Source: Squalus acanthias (Eukaryota). From it: a DNA stretch of 64,000 bases. This document shows positions 32,855-46,693 of this stretch, piece after piece (position 1 is the first letter of the stretch; each line of letters starts with the position of its first letter). Below the pieces are notes generated by a model that worked only from the letters and a program-made list of their open reading frames with translations, searched no databases and was not told the DNA's origin. The stretch spans positions 9,238,001 to 9,302,000 of the forward strand of contig CM059432.1 in the NCBI GenBank assembly GCA_030390025.1, given 5' to 3'. The translations under genes and the position numbers were made by a program.

Positions 32855-33747
32855 GGGGTAGAAATTAGGTCGCGCCCCATTTGGGGCGCAAATATCGTCT
32901 GGACGCAAATATTAGCGCCTGGCGCTAATTATCGGCACTGACTGGAAACTTCACTTTTACCGCCCCGGGAGGTGAGTGGAGCGCTAAAGCAGGCGCTGCA
33001 CACCTGTCTTAAGGCGCAAAGGCCAAGGAGTGAGGCGCTACCTCAGAGCGCTGGCGAAGCTCATGTAATGTCAGTCAGCAATGGAACACACACACAATGG
33101 CACGGGCCAGTTCTTAAAGGGGATGGTTAATCTTGCTTTCCATCCACATCCTGTTCATTGCAGCCTTGAATCTCGGCCTGGAGAGACTTGCACATCGAAT
33201 GTGCTGGAAAGAACAATGGAGAGTACCAGGCAAAGAGCTCAGAGTGCAGCTCCCACAGTCTCTGCTAAATCGATACAAGGAATGGCAAATCAAAATGAAC
33301 CTGCAAAGTACTGCTCAGTACCCAAAACTCCTTCACACAACGTTGAATCTCTCCAGAAGTCTCTCCCTCTCTCTCTCAGAATGCGTAGTTCAAAAATGCC
33401 ACCAACAATAAAAGTAAAGAAGAGGCCCCCTTTAAATAGCGCCCCCCCCAGCCCCACAGCGATTGATAGCGTTCCAGTCTTCCGGTTGTTGGAAGCACCA
33501 GGCGGTAAGGCAGGGGGCGCCACTCAATTTCCGCTCCGGGGCGCCACACGGGCGTTGCACCATGGAATGACGTCACAATCTGCGCGCGCAGGTGGTCGCA
33601 GCGGTAAGTTTTAGCGCCGCCGCACAATCTCAAGTTAAGTTCTCGAGCGGCGCAAACATCGCTGCGCCCGGGCGTTAGCGGCTTTGTGCCCCATTAGCGC
33701 CCTCTTAAGGCGCTAACGGGAGGCGCAACCAACTGAATTTTTACCCC
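32855..33747. mobile_element. Internally deleted derivative (MITE) of the Harbinger element at 58573-62860
   Basis: TIRs ggggtagaaatt and aatttttacccc with a TAT duplication. Both arms are clearly homologous to the ends of 58573-62860 (e.g. cacctgtcttaaggcgcaaaggccaaggag). Confidence 0.9.
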
Positions 33748-33769
33748 TATGACTCTAAGTTGATGAGGC

Positions 33770-36560
33770 CCTCAGCTCTGGAATTCCCTCCCTAAACCTT
33801 TCCACCTCGCTACCTCTCTTTCCTCCTTTAAGATGCTCCTTTAGGCCTACCTCTTTGACCAAGCTTTTGGTCATCTGCCCCAATTTCTCCTTATGTGGCT
33901 CGGTGTCAAATTTTGTTTTATGACACTGCTGTGAAGCGCCTTGGGACATTTTACTATGTTAAAGGCGCTATGAAAATGCAGGTTGTTGTTGGTGTAAATG
34001 GACAGAGGAGCCATAGTCCTGGGCAGTCTTTCATTCCACAAGGTGTTTACTTCCTATCCATAAACCTTCAAAGTGATTATTAAAAAAAGGTGGAAACAGA
34101 CTAGACAAGATTAATTATCGCAGTGTATTAATTGCTTTACCAAAGAGTCTGTTACATAACTAATTTTAGCAGAAAGGTCAAGCCAAAGGAAAATAATTAT
34201 GACTAGCAGCGAAGACTAAGAACCCAATTACAGCCAAGTCTTCCTCTGTTCAAAAAGATGGGAGGAATCCTCGTTTTTCTTTCTAATGTATAACCCACCA
34301 ACAAAATCTCAGGAATGTGTCGTTTTAAAACGGGTGTGTTTTTTATTCGTTCCTGGGATGTGGGCGTCGCTGGCAAGGCCAGCATTTATTGCCCATCCCC
34401 AATTGCCCTTGAGAAGGTGGTGGTGAGCCGCCTTCTTGAACCGCTGCAGTCCGTGTGGTGAAGGTGCTCCCACAGCGCTGTTAGGGAGGGAGTTCCAGGA
34501 TTTTGACCCAGCGACGATGAAGGATCGGCGATATATTTCCAAGTCAGGATGGTGTGTGACTTGGAGGGGAACTTGGAGGTGGTGGTGTTCCCATGCGCCT
34601 GCTGCCCTTGTCCTTCTAGGTGGAAGAGGTCACGGGTTTGGGAGGTGCTGCCGAAGAAGCCTTGGTGAGTTGCTGCAGTGCATCTTTTCGATGGTACACA
34701 CTGCAGCCACGGTGCGCCGGTGGTGGAGGGAGTGAATGTTTAAGGTGGTGGATGGGGTGCCAATCAAGCAGACTGCTTTGTCCTGGATGGTGTCGAGCTT
34801 CTTGAGTGTTGTTGGAGCTGCACTCATCCAGGCAAGTGGAGAGTATTCCATCACACTCCTGACTTGTGCCTTGTAGATGGTGGGTGATTCTTACTTAGGC
34901 AAATTTGTTGATTGTAATGAAAAAGGAGCCACTGAAAAAATGACCCTTTAATGCTTCTCATGCAACTAATGAGCCACTTAAGCCATTTAAATGTCAAAAT
35001 GTTGTTAATCCTGCTGTGGAGCATGCAATATCTGTGGAGAATAGCAATTACGAATAAAGGATTCAGTAATGAAGCTTTGGATACACCGCTACACTGAAAG
35101 TCCTGGCCGCCCACTAGAGTGGCACAACTGTGGTGGGGAATAACCCCAAACCCTCCCCTCATCCCTAACCTGAAGCTGTCGACCCCACCTCAAATTACAT
35201 AGAATTGCATCGTATTTACAGTGCAGAATCAGGCCATTCAGCCCAACAGGTCCATGTTTATGCTCCACACGAGCCTCCTCCCACCCTACTTCATCTCACC
35301 CTATCAACAAATCCTTCTATTCCTTTCTCCCACATGTAATTATCTAGCTTCCTCTTAATGCTATTCGCCTCAACTACTGCCTGTGGTAGCGAGTTCCACA
35401 TTCTCACCACGCTCTGAGTAAAGAAGTTTCTCCTGAATTCCCAGTTGGATTTATTAGTGACTGTCTTATATTGATGGCTCCTAGTTTTGGATTCCCACAA
35501 GCGGAAACATCTTCTCTACGTGTACCTTATGAAAACCCCTTCGTAGTTTTCAGGACCTCTAATCAGTCTTCTCTTTTCTAAAGAAAGGAACCCCAGCCTG
35601 TTCAGTCTTTCCTGATAGGTATAACCTCTCAGTTCTGGTATCATCCTTGTAAATTTATTTTGCACCTTCTCCAGTGCTTCTCTATCCTTTTGAAGGATTG
35701 TGGTGAAGGGATCAGGTGCGTCATGCCTGAACACACGCTTCAGTAGTGCCCATCCCAATATGCCTTTGGAATGCTGGGCAACCCATAGCCACCTGGGTTG
35801 TCACCTTTCACTTTTCCAAGTCATTAAATATATTCAAGAATGAGTTAGATATATTTCTTAAAGCTAAAGGTATCAAGGGATATGGGGAGAAGGCAGGTAC
35901 AGGGTACTGAGTTTGGATGATCAGCCATGATCTCATCGAATGGCGGAGCAGGCTCGAGGGGCCAATTGGCCTACTCCTGCTCCTATCTTCTATGTTTCTA
36001 TGTTTCTATGGCCTGAGGAGCCCCAAGGCCCTTCTGAACCGAAGACAAATCGTGAATGAAAGTTCTTCAGCTCCTTGTGAAGCCGTAATCTCACAGGGGC
36101 CAATTATCTTATTCTAGACTCGACTATTCCTGATCGGCCTCCCCCCTCGCACACTCCATAAAGTTGAGCTCATTCAAAACTTTAAAATTCTCATCCTTGT
36201 TTTCAAATCCCTCTATGGCCTCGCCCCCTCCCTATCTCTGGAACCTCCTCCAGCCCCACAACCCCCCGAGATCTCTGCGCTCCTCCAATTCCGGTCTTTT
36301 TCACCTTTCCAATTTTCATCGCTCCACCATTGGCGGCCGTGCCTTCAGCTGCCTGGGCCCTGAGCTCTGGAATTCCCTCCCTAAACCTCTCCGCCTCTCC
36401 ACCTCTCTCTCCTCCTTTAAGATGCTTCTTAAAACCTACTTCTGTCCTAATATCTCCTTATATGGCGCGGTGTCACATTTTGCTTGATAATTGCTCCTAT
36501 GAGGCGCCTTGGGATGCTTCAGTACGTTAAAGGCGCTATAGAAATACAAGTTGTTGTTGT
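33770..36560. mobile_element. Patch of LINE fragments: L2 3' ends (+, about 33770-33990 and 36110-36560), CR1/L2-group (-, about 34345-34890), CR1 ends (-, about 35190-35690; +, about 35815-36010)
   Basis: L2 GGRAFSCLGPELWNSLP with a (gtt)n tail; CR1 3'UTRs. Confidence 0.8.
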
Positions 36561-36835
36561 TGAAAGACATTCACTTGGCCGTAATGGATGGTGTCATGTA
36601 ATTTGCATAGTTCTGATATTTTGACTTATACAACCTTACTTGCCACACCCTTCCTATCTGTTCTCTGTCTGAGTGCAGTGTCTTTTCCATATACGATTAA
36701 CAAACACTACTTTTCATCATCTCCCGATTCGCCAGTGTTTCAGCTTTGCAGTAATAATCATCCCTGACGCTTGTGGTCTTGAAGTCATGCGACTTTTTCC
36801 AGCTTTCCCATAATTAGGTCGGAGACCATTGCACC

Positions 36836-38130
36836 AAAGGGTAAATCGTGCTTGACTAATCTATTGGAATTTTTTGAGGGAGTAACTGGTAAAATAGATG
36901 GGGGAGAGCCAGTAGATGTGGTGTACCTGGACTTCCAAAAGGCATTCGATAAGGTCCCACATAAAAGATTAGCAGAGAAAATTGAATCTCATGGGATAAA
37001 GGGGAAAGTATTGACGTGGATAGAGAACTGGCTGTCAGATAGAAAACAGAGAGTTGGAATAAACGGCTCATTTTCTGAATGGCAGGCAGTAACAAGTGGG
37101 GTACCACAAGGATCTGTCCTGGGTCCCCAGCTGTTCACAATTTACATTAATGACCTGGATCAGGGAGTCGGATGCAGCATTTCCAAATTTGCAGACGACA
37201 CTAAACTAGGAGGGGGGGTGGGCTCAGAGGAGGAGACCAGGAAGCTCCAGAGCGATTTGGACAGACTGGGTGATTGGGCGGATAAATGGCAGATGCACTA
37301 TAATGTGGACAAGTGCGAAGTTATCCACCTTGGGTGCAGGAACGGGAGGGCAAATTATTATTTAAATGGCAATAAATTGGGAGAGGGGGAAGTACAGAGA
37401 GTCCTGGGTGTTCTTGTACACCAGTCACTGAAGGCGAGCATGCAGGTGCAACAGGCGGTCAAGAAGGCAAACGGTATGCTGGCCTTCATAGCAAAAGGGT
37501 TGGAATACAGGAACAGGGATACCTTGCTGCAGCTGTACAGGGCACTGGTGAGACCACACCTCGAGTACTGTGTACAGTTTTGGTCGCCTCATCTGAGGAA
37601 AGATGTTCTTGCCATGGAGGGGGTGCAGCGGCGATTCACCAGGCTGATACCAGGAATGGCGGGATTGACCTATGAGGAGAGACTATGTAGTTTAGGGATG
37701 TACACACTGGAGTTTAGAAGATTGAGAGGGGACCTCATAGAAGTGTATAAAATTCTGACAGGTCTAGACAGGCTAGATGCAGAAGGAATGTTTCCCTTGG
37801 CGGGTGAGAACAGAACTAGAGGACATAATTTAAGGATAAGGGCTAAACCATTTAGGACAGAAATGAGGGGGAATTTCTTCACTCAGAGGGTGGTGAACCT
37901 GTGGAACTCATTGCCACAGAGGGCAGTGTACGCCAGCTCATTAAATATATTTAAGAGGGAATTAGATATATTTCTACAGGCAAAAGGGGTTAAGGGTTAC
38001 GGAGAGAAGGCGGGGACGGGATACTGAATTGGAGGATCAGCCATGATCTCATTAAATGGCGGAGCAGGCTCGAAGGGCCGGATGGCCTACTCCTGCTCCT
38101 ATCATCTATGTATCTATGTATCTATGTATC
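36836..38130 (+). mobile_element. Young 5'-truncated CR1 with an uninterrupted RT C-terminal ORF (36852-38027)
   Basis: 391 aa open frame with [21 protein letters not shown] and FADD; (ctatgtat)n tail. Confidence 0.95.
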
Positions 38131-38571
38131 TTTCAAGGGAAGAGTAGATAAATATTTGAAGCAGAAGAAGATACAGAAGAAGAAGAGCAGGGCAGTGGGA
38201 TTAGTTTTGGATTGATCGAGCAAAAGACACAATTGACTAAATGGTTTCCCTTCTGTGCTGAAAAATTCAATGGCTCTAAGCCGTTGACTTTTTCAGTGAC
38301 AAAGTGCCACATTTATTGAATCCTTTGTATATGTATAGACATTCTAACCCAGCTACAATCCGCTCACAATTCTCCATTCGACAGTGGCACTGACAATCCT
38401 GACGCCAGCGAGTGCGGAAAAGAAGATCTGCATCTGGGGGGGGTGGGGGCGCGGGTCATAGAAACATAGAAACTAGGAGCAGGAGTAGGCCATTCGGCCC
38501 GTCGAGCCTGCTCCACCATTCAATACGATCATGGCTGATCATCCAAATCCAGTACCCTGTCCCTGCTTTCT

Positions 38572-38790
38572 CACACAGAATCCCCACAGTACAGATAGAG
38601 GCCATCTCGGCCCATCGAGCCTGCACCGACACATATCCCACCCTATCCCCGTAACCCCACGTATTTAATTGCCCCTAACATATCCCATCCTATCCCCGTA
38701 ACCCCACATATTTAATCCCCCCCTAACACTAAGGGTCAATTTATTATAGCCAAATCAACCTACCCCGCACATTTTTGGTCGGTAGGAATT
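38572..38790 (-). mobile_element. HE1-like V-SINE 3' fragment
   Basis: Minus strand reads atgtgcggggtaggttgatttggctataataaattgacccttagtgt..gtggggttacggggatagg..tcgatgggccga, i.e. a V-domain plus a CR1-like tail. Confidence 0.65.
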
Positions 38791-39906
38791 CGCGGTGGAC
38801 TTGGTCAGACTGGGATCCTGCCCTGTTTGCACTGTCCCTTTAAATTCAAGGAGGGTTATTTGTAAGGGTTTCTCGGCTTCTGGAACTTCTGCCCTCCGTA
38901 GGCCTCAACCCAAGATCATGCCCGCTGAGAGCCTCCAAGAGTCTCACCGTTGAGGCCCTTGGAATGGTCCCCAAACCCTTACTACCGCAACAACTTGCAT
39001 TTATACAGTGCCTTTAACGCAGTAAAACTTCTCACTGCTCTTCACAGGAGCGTTAGCAAACAAAATGTGACACCGAGCCACATTAGGAGGCATTGGGACA
39101 GATGACCAGGTGACAGATGACTTTGATGAAGCCTTGTCCACTGAAATCAAGAAATTCAGTGTAGAATACTCTATTCCACCACATTTAAAATTCTAACGGA
39201 GGGCTTCCCTTTCTCTTTCAACGTCAGGAAGGCAACCAGGATATTCCTTTAAAATAGAAGCATACCCTCCCTTATTCCCCGAATCCCTCAGCTTTGGCCT
39301 GCTCCCTGACGCAATGTTAACCTGCTGGAGGAAGGATGAATGCACGCGGCACATCACCAGTGAACCACGGGCAATGCTATCGGCCCCCTCTCGCAGACAC
39401 TGGCTCATCACAAAGGCCCCTCACAGCAACATCCCGCACAAACTCCACACAAATTTCACTGTTGGACAGGCTGTGGGCTGAAAGGCAATCTCCAAAATGT
39501 ATTCCGCTCCTGTCCCCCAGCATCTCGTCAATCTGAACTGGAGTCTGTGAGACCATAAAGGGCTATGACTGGGTTAGAATGTTAAAGCATCAGGCCTGAT
39601 GCTTGCTGGATCTAACCATTGAAGACTTGGGGTCTACCGCAACACACCCCATACAAGGAGGCTTCCCGCTGTGAGGAAGTGCCGTCCACATTGCTGAAGA
39701 ACATGTGGGGCATTTCCAAAAGCAGAACCAATGATGTTCAGCCTTAATTGCCGACCTCTCATCAGCTTGCTGCAAGGCTCCAAGTCATGGACAACTTCCC
39801 CGCTACATTAATTCACTCATTGAAAATAAAAACAGCTGGATAAAGCTGGTCTAGTCGGAAATAGGACTGAAGGTTATAGCAATAAGAATAGACTGAAATT
39901 ATCAAA

Positions 39907-41935
39907 TTGGAATTCTCTGCCCCAAAGGGCTGTGGATGCTGAGTCGTCGAGTATATTCAAGGTTGAGATCGATAGATTTTTAGACTCTAGGGGAATCAAG
40001 GGCTATGAGGATCGGGCAGGAAAGTGGAGTTGAGGTCGAAGATCAGCCATGATCTTATTGAATGGCGGAGCAGGCTCAAAGGGCTGTATGGCCTACTCCT
40101 GCTCCTAAATCTTATGTTAACATAGAAACGTAGAAACATAGAAAATAGGAGCAGGAGTAGGCCATTCGGCCCCTCTAGCCTGCTCCGCCATTCAATGCGA
40201 TCATGGCTGATCATCCAAATTCAGAACCCTGTCCCTGCTTTCTCCCCATATCCCTTGATCCCTTTAGCCTTAAGAAATATATCCAACTCCTTCTTGAATA
40301 TATTTAATGAATTGGCCTCTACTGCCTTCTGTGGTAGAGAATTCCACAGGTTCACCACTCTCTGGGTGAAGAAATTCCTCCTAATTTCTGTCCTAAATGG
40401 CTTACCCCTTCTCCTTAGACTGTGACCCCTGGTTCTGGACTCCCCGACCATCGGGAACATCCTTCCTGCATCTAGTCTGTCCAGTCCTTTCAGAATTTTA
40501 TAAGTTTCAATGAGATCCCCTCTCATTCTTCTAAACTCCAGCGAGTATAAGCCCAATCGACCCAATCTCTCCTCATACGTCATTCCTGCCATCCCAGGTA
40601 TCAGCCTGGTGAATCTTCGCTGAACTCCTTCCATGGCAAGAACATAAGAACATAAGCAATAGGAGCAGGAGTCGGCCATTTGACCCTTCGAGCCTGCTCC
40701 GCCATTCAATAAGATCATGGCTGATCTTCGACCTCAACTCCACTGTCCTGCACTATCCCCATATCCCTTGATTCCCTTAATATTCAAAAATCTATCGATC
40801 TCTGTCTTGAATATACTCAAGGACTGAGCCTCCACAGCCCTCTGAGGTAGAGAATTCCAAAGATTCACCACCCTCTGAGTGAAGAAATTTCTCCTCATCT
40901 CAGTCCTAAATGGCCGACCCCTTATTCTGAGACTGTGACCCCTGGTTCTAAACTTGCTCTTATGTTCTAAATGTTCTACATAAGACGATGGTTCCTGTGT
41001 TAAGAGAAAAAGCAAGTGTTTGAGTGTCTCCTGCGGGGAGCAGCTAATGGCAGATGAATATTGAAGATCTGGAATGCTGGGGCGAGGGGCATTTCATTGA
41101 ATCATGTAAGCTTTCAGCACAGAAGGAGGCCACTCGGCCCGTTGTGCCTGTGCTGGCTCTTTGAAAGAGCTGCCGCGCTTAGTCCCACATCCACGCTTTT
41201 TGTCCGTAACCCTGTGAGTTCCTCATCCTCAAGAACCCGTCCAACTCCCTTTTACAATCATTGATGGAATCAGCTTCCACCACCTTTACTTGCCATAGAG
41301 GGAGTGCAGCGAAGGTTCACCAGACTGATTCCTGGGATGGCAGGACTGTCGTATGAGGAGCGATTGGGTCGACTAGGCCTGTATTCACTAGAGTTTAGAA
41401 GAATGAGAGGGGATCTCATTGAAATGTGTAAAATTCTGACAGGGCTAGACAGACTGGATGCAGGGAGGATGTTTCCCCTGGCTGGGGGGTCTAGAACAAG
41501 GGGTCACAGTCTCAGGATACGGGGTAGGACATTTAGGACTGAGATGAGGAGAAATTTCTTCACTCAGAGGGTGGTGAACCTGTGGAATTCTCTACCACAG
41601 AAGGCTGTGGAGGCCAAGTCACTGAATATATTTAAGAAGGAGATAGATAGATTTCTAGACACAAAAGGCATCAAGGGGTATGGGGAGAGGACGGGAATGT
41701 GGTATTGAGATAGAGGATCAGCCATGATCATATTGAATGGCGGAGCAGGCTCGAAGGGCCGAATGGCCTACTCCTGCTCCTATTTTTCTATGTTTCTATG
41801 TTTCTATGTTTCTATGTTTTCGGGTAGAGCGTTCCAGATCCCGACAACTCTGAGTGAAAACATTTCTCCTCATCTCCCCTCGAGATCTTTTACCAATAAT
41901 TTTACATCTATGACCTTTGGATACTGACCCACTCG
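39907..41935. mobile_element. Nest of at least five CR1 3' ends in both orientations
   Basis: Repeated WNSLP..GYG ORF ends and tails; tail-to-tail junction near 40118; 41289-41818 (+) splits an older minus-strand copy. Confidence 0.88.
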
Positions 41936-42384
41936 CATTTATGCAGGACCTTTCTTCAAGAGGTTTAATGGGTGGGGAGAGTTCCTGCCGGGGTGGATTG
42001 TAGACGGTCTGTAAAAGGAACGACCTTGCTGGTCTTTTCTAGTTCCACGATTTTCCATACTTGATTTCCTAAATCTATAAGAATTATAGAATGCAATATG
42101 AATATTCACCTTTTTGAATATCATAGGCGTTGGACAGGTTAGCTTGTTCTAATTGATAAGACCTTTTCCCAAAGCTTTCTCTTTAATGAGATTCCCTCTC
42201 CTACTATGATTTCAGCATTGTTCATAATCACCAACTCAAATGTTTAGACAAGGCAACTCTCATGAATCTGTCCGTGTTTAAGAATTTTAATGATCTTACA
42301 TATCACTTCCTGATAATGATTTGACTAATGAAAGGAAAATTTGACTTTAGGTGGTTTCCATTTTAACTCTTAGCTTGCCTCAGG

Positions 42385-42710
42385 GAGTGTAGTGGTTCTC
42401 TTACTGGACTAGCCATCTCAGAAGCCTGGACTAATTAATCCTGATCTGAGTTCAAATCCCATGACATGAGAATTTGAATGCAGCTTAACAAAGATCTGGA
42501 TTAAAAAGCTGGTAAAAGTGATCATGAAGCTGTTAAAAAATCCAATTAATTCATGAAACCTGCCGTCCTTACCAGGTCAGGTCTGGTCTGTATGTGACTC
42601 CAATCCCATTCCAATGTGGTTGACCCATAACTGCCCTCTGATCCGAAGTGGCCTACAATCCATTTAGTTATATCAAATTGTGGTTCAAGATTAAGGCCCA
42701 CTGCTGCTCT
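42385..42710 (+). mobile_element. Degenerate tRNA-derived SINE
   Basis: A-box-like gtagtgg, B box gagttcaaatcc, and a 3' end ggttcaaga..cccac resembling the LINE tail. Confidence 0.55.
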
Positions 42711-42789
42711 CCTTCACCTCTCCCTAAATCCTACCACTCTGCACCTCACGTCACTCCTGCATTCTGTTCTTGCACATAGCAGTGAGAGC

Positions 42790-43085
42790 GTTGAGGCACA
42801 GCCCCATGCGAGTGGTGGTAGTGCCATGGGAGAGGCACGTGCCATCTTCTCATGGATAACAGCATGCCAGCTCTTCTCCATCAGCCCCTCAACCAGTGCC
42901 CACGTTGGTGCCATGAAGCCAGCTCCACCAGCCCAAGATGCTGCAGTCTGCAGTCGGGCTCTCTATGACCAGAGTTCCTCGAAGTCGCCCGCCACTGCCA
43001 CTGCTGCCATCTCAGGTGGATGATCAACACCCTTCCACCTCCCGGGTAATAGCCACTGGAGTAGCACCTCGTAGGAAGCACCAGA
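42790..43085 (+). pseudogene. Remnant of the last exon of a Harbinger Myb-like gene
   Basis: Collinear similarity to about 60450-60740 (tgcagtctgcag..ccagag..tcaggt..ccttccacc..agccactgg). Confidence 0.55.
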
Positions 43086-43190
43086 TGAAGTACTTTTAGA
43101 AGTGCAATCACTGTTGTAATGTCGGAGCACCAGATTAGGCAAAAGAGCACTTAAGACAGGCACGAGGGATTTGCACAAGGGTGAGCTTTA

Positions 43191-44891
43191 GGCCGCGATT
43201 TTGCTCGCACTCAGTGGACCGATTGGTGGCGGGTCAGCTGTGAAATTTAAAATGATTGGCAGCAGGTCAGGAACCCGCTGTCAAAATGTGCACACTTGCC
43301 TTTCCCGATGTCAGGGTCTGCCAGCGGCGAGCAGACCCAACAGGCAGCGGCGGGGGACACAATTCAAATCATTAGTGACTTGTTTACAGCCACTTAACAA
43401 TGCTTTTTTTTCCCAGCTTTTTAACTTTCACAGGTCTCCCACAGGTTTCCCATTGAGCCTAGATCTCGTCAGTGAAGCTGAGGCAGGAGGTCAGTGGCCA
43501 TTGAATCAGCTGATGAGTTGACAGCTTTAAATGTCAAGTCAAAGCTCCCAGCTGATTCAGATATCTTCCCTTAGGCACGAGCATCTCTAAACTGCATTTC
43601 CACTACAGATTCACCACGCTGCAAGTCTTTCCACAAGTCTCCATCCAGTCTGGCCTCATTACCTCTCCCACCATTGACAGATCACCTGCCATCTATTCCA
43701 TCAGCATGGGTGCACTTTATACTCTCTCCCCTTGGTCCTCAGAATTCCACCGCGATCAGCCCCAACACCAGCATCACCAGGCACACCAGCAGCACCAACA
43801 ACCACACCAACCTTCTCCACAGTCACCTAATGCTGCACAGGACACAGGGCATCAGCACCCAACCACATTGCTGCCTGGGACGCCAGGGATGGCCTCATCA
43901 TGGCCAGATTTTTTCACTTGATGCTGTACACCCTGGCTGCCACATGATGCGCCGGGTTGGCACCATCCCACAACAGCACCATTAAGCATCCCGACAATGC
44001 CCAAGCCATTCCTTTCACATTCATCAGCATTGCGGGGGGTACCGTTATGTCTCATCATTCACTGCAACTCACTAAGCCACTTCCAAAGTTGCACACAAAT
44101 CTGTCCAAGAAAGCAAAGTGTTGAAAATAAAGATTTCAATGTTTGACAGCACATTAACAGAAACTTCACATGAACATTGTTGGTTGGTATGATTGGACTA
44201 GGATGAGGGTGAGTGTGAGGGGTGGCTAGTGAAATGGGGAAGTGATAATGTAGATAGAGAGGGATGGGTGGAGGTGCAAGGTAAGTTGGTGTGAGTAAGG
44301 ATGTGCAGGAGTAGGGTAGGGAATGCAGAGTGATGGGGATGTGATGAGTGGCACAGCAGGATGAGGTTGAGTGTGGCTTTGCAGTAACGTTTCGTGATCG
44401 ACTGAGATCATTGAAAGGTTTGCGCCACTGCAGCCTGGTCCTCCTGACAACATCCCTGCTTGTGTCCTCCTGTGCAATGTGCAACCAGGCTGCGTTGGTC
44501 TCCTGGGGAGGTCTCTTCAGCCCATTGGAAAGGAAGAGAACCTCCCTGCGTGCTGTGACTCCCTCCATAAGCATATGGAGGGAGTCATGGGAGAGCCTAG
44601 GTGCAGCCGTGCACCTTTGTGCAGTGCTTGTCAGTGTTTGCAGCACCTCAATGCTGTAGAACACTGACAGCACAACTGTCAAAATCAATTTGGGCATGGT
44701 CCCTTTAAGTAAACTGGCTGATGATGCGTCATAAATGACATCATCAGACCCGCTTCCTTCAATTGGCCGGGAAATTCGCTGGGCGGGCTTAACAAGCCCA
44801 GTCAGGGGAAATTCATATCAGAGGCTGGGATGGAGCCACCAGCGGGGTCGAGACCCGCCACCGACCCGCCGAGATCAGAATAATCGCAGCC
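43191..44891. mobile_element. Internally deleted PIF/Harbinger element with a Myb/SANT exon remnant on the minus strand
   Basis: TIRs ggccgcgatt and aatcgcagcc with a TTA duplication; AAPRLSHDSLHMLMEGVTARREVLF..AAWLHIA..RTRLQWRKPFNDL at about 44395-44610. Confidence 0.82.
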
Positions 44892-45948
44892 TTAGTCTTC
44901 TAACTTGTTTATTCCCAATTGTAAAATATTGAAGCAGTGTCTTGGTGTTGGCTGTTTCCTTGGATTGGTGTATCTTTGGCCATCCCTAGTGAAGTGATAG
45001 TGATACCCATGCTGGTGTTGAATTAGAGGGCATTCACCTGGAACATGTACGGACTGTGTCTAGTGGGAGGAGGGACTGTTGGTGCGGGCGGTGGGGCGGT
45101 GGGGCGGCGGTTGATTCATCCAAAGCATTTCATGGTTATTTGCTGCCGTCAAGATCTGGTAGCTGGCTGGATCGGTGACCCTTGCTCTTCCTCGGCATCC
45201 TGGTGTTCTTCCTGCTCCTGCGCCTCCACCTCTTCTTCCCCTGGGGGCTCGGAGGGTTCATGGCAAAGCTACAGAGCTTTCAGCACAAAATGCCTCTGGT
45301 GACTCTCTCAGGGCTTTTTTTTCAGGACGCCTCGAGATCTATCCAAACAGTGGAATCTCCTTTAAGATGCTAATTATTTGTTCAATCAGAGCTCTGGGGT
45401 GGAGGCATGACTCTGACTGTGACGCTCCTCTGCATCTATAATCAGGTTTCCTGCCAGGTGTCACGAGCTCAGGGGATGCCACTACCCCTTGTCACCAAGC
45501 AGCCAGCCTGGCACCCGATGGTCGGGGTGTATTGAGGACTGGCGAAGTTGAGTGAGTGGAAGCCCCCCCTGTTCATGTCTGTCCCGGGTTCTTGGCCTGG
45601 AGCACTCAGGGTGCAGGCGAGTGTGCCCTGCAGCTGGCGGGTGTGGAGGTGGCGGGTGGGGTGGCGGGAGATGGAAGCCTGCGATCCTGGCGCGGACCAG
45701 AACTCTGTCTTCTTGCTTTACCGCCTCTGTGGGAAAGGCGATGTTTTGCTCAGCGAGGAGAACATGGGTGACCTTCTCGGTACGGCAGGGCGCTGCAAAT
45801 TGACCGTGGTTGCTACCTGTTGCCGTCTGGAAGGGCCCCTGAGGTGTATTAATTCAGGGAAACAGTCACCTTTATAGCCACAGGCAGCAACGCTCATGCC
45901 CTAGGACTCAGCTGCAGTAGGTGCTCCAACTGGTTTTTTGTTTACGAT

Positions 45949-46693
45949 AGCAAAATACTGCGGATGCTGGAAATCCGAAATAACAACAGAAAACGCTGGA
46001 AAAACTCAGCAGGCCAGGCAGCATCCGTGGAGAGAGAAACAGAGTTAACGTTTCAGGTCGAAGACCTTTCGTCAGAACTGGAAAAAAGCAGGAAATGAAA
46101 TAGATTTAAAGCAAGTTTAGGGCTGGGAAAAGGGGGAGGGGATGAAAGAACAAAAGGCAAGGTCAGTGGTGGGATAGAAAGCAGGAGAGATTAAGAGACA
46201 TAAAGAGATGATCAAGGCAAGAGGAGGTGTTAATGTGACAGGTTGAGGCTAGATGAAGTGTGAACTGGGCTAGCAGAATGAAGGACAGCTGCCAGCTTCT
46301 GGGAGGGAAAAAAAAGGGCCAAACAAAAGGGTGGATGAAAAAATAAAATAAAAATATATATATGTGTGATAGGGGCCGGGGTTATGATCTGAAATTGTTG
46401 AACTCGATGTTGAGTCCAGAGGGCTGTAGAATGTCTAATCGAAAGATGAGGTGCTGTTCCTCGAGCTTACGCTGAGCTTCCGTGGAACAATGCAAGAGGC
46501 CGAGGACGGTGAGGTCTGAGTGGGAGTGGAGCGGAGAATTAAAGTGACAGGCCACCGGGAGCTCGGGGTCCCCCTGACAGACTGAACGGAGGTGTTCCGC
46601 AAAGCGGTCACCCAATCTTCGACCTGAAACGTTAACTCTGTTTCTCTCTCCACGGATGCTGCCTGGCCTGCTGAGTTTTTCCAGCGTTTTCTG
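45949..46693 (-). mobile_element. Second Penelope-like element (different family) with a short inverted pseudo-LTR
   Basis: RRLGDRFAEHLRSV..PVACHFN..EEQHLIFRL..PSGLN (GIY-YIG C-terminus); inverted repeat at about 45986-46064 vs 46616-46694; imperfect flank repeat tggttttttgtt(t)ac. Confidence 0.88.
46043..46079 (-). ncRNA. Minimal hammerhead ribozyme motif
   Basis: agtt-CTGACGA-a-aggtc ttc gacct-GAAA-cgtt-aact. Confidence 0.8.

Noticed and set aside
28780..42130. Candidate host exons near 28830-28955, 39200-39540 and 41940-42090
   Set aside because: No recognisable protein and no consistent acceptor/donor pairs.
44940..45930. GC-rich stretch (also about 26885-27270), possibly a Tx1/L1 remnant or a host exon
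   Set aside because: No diagnostic motif could be read, so it is left unannotated.
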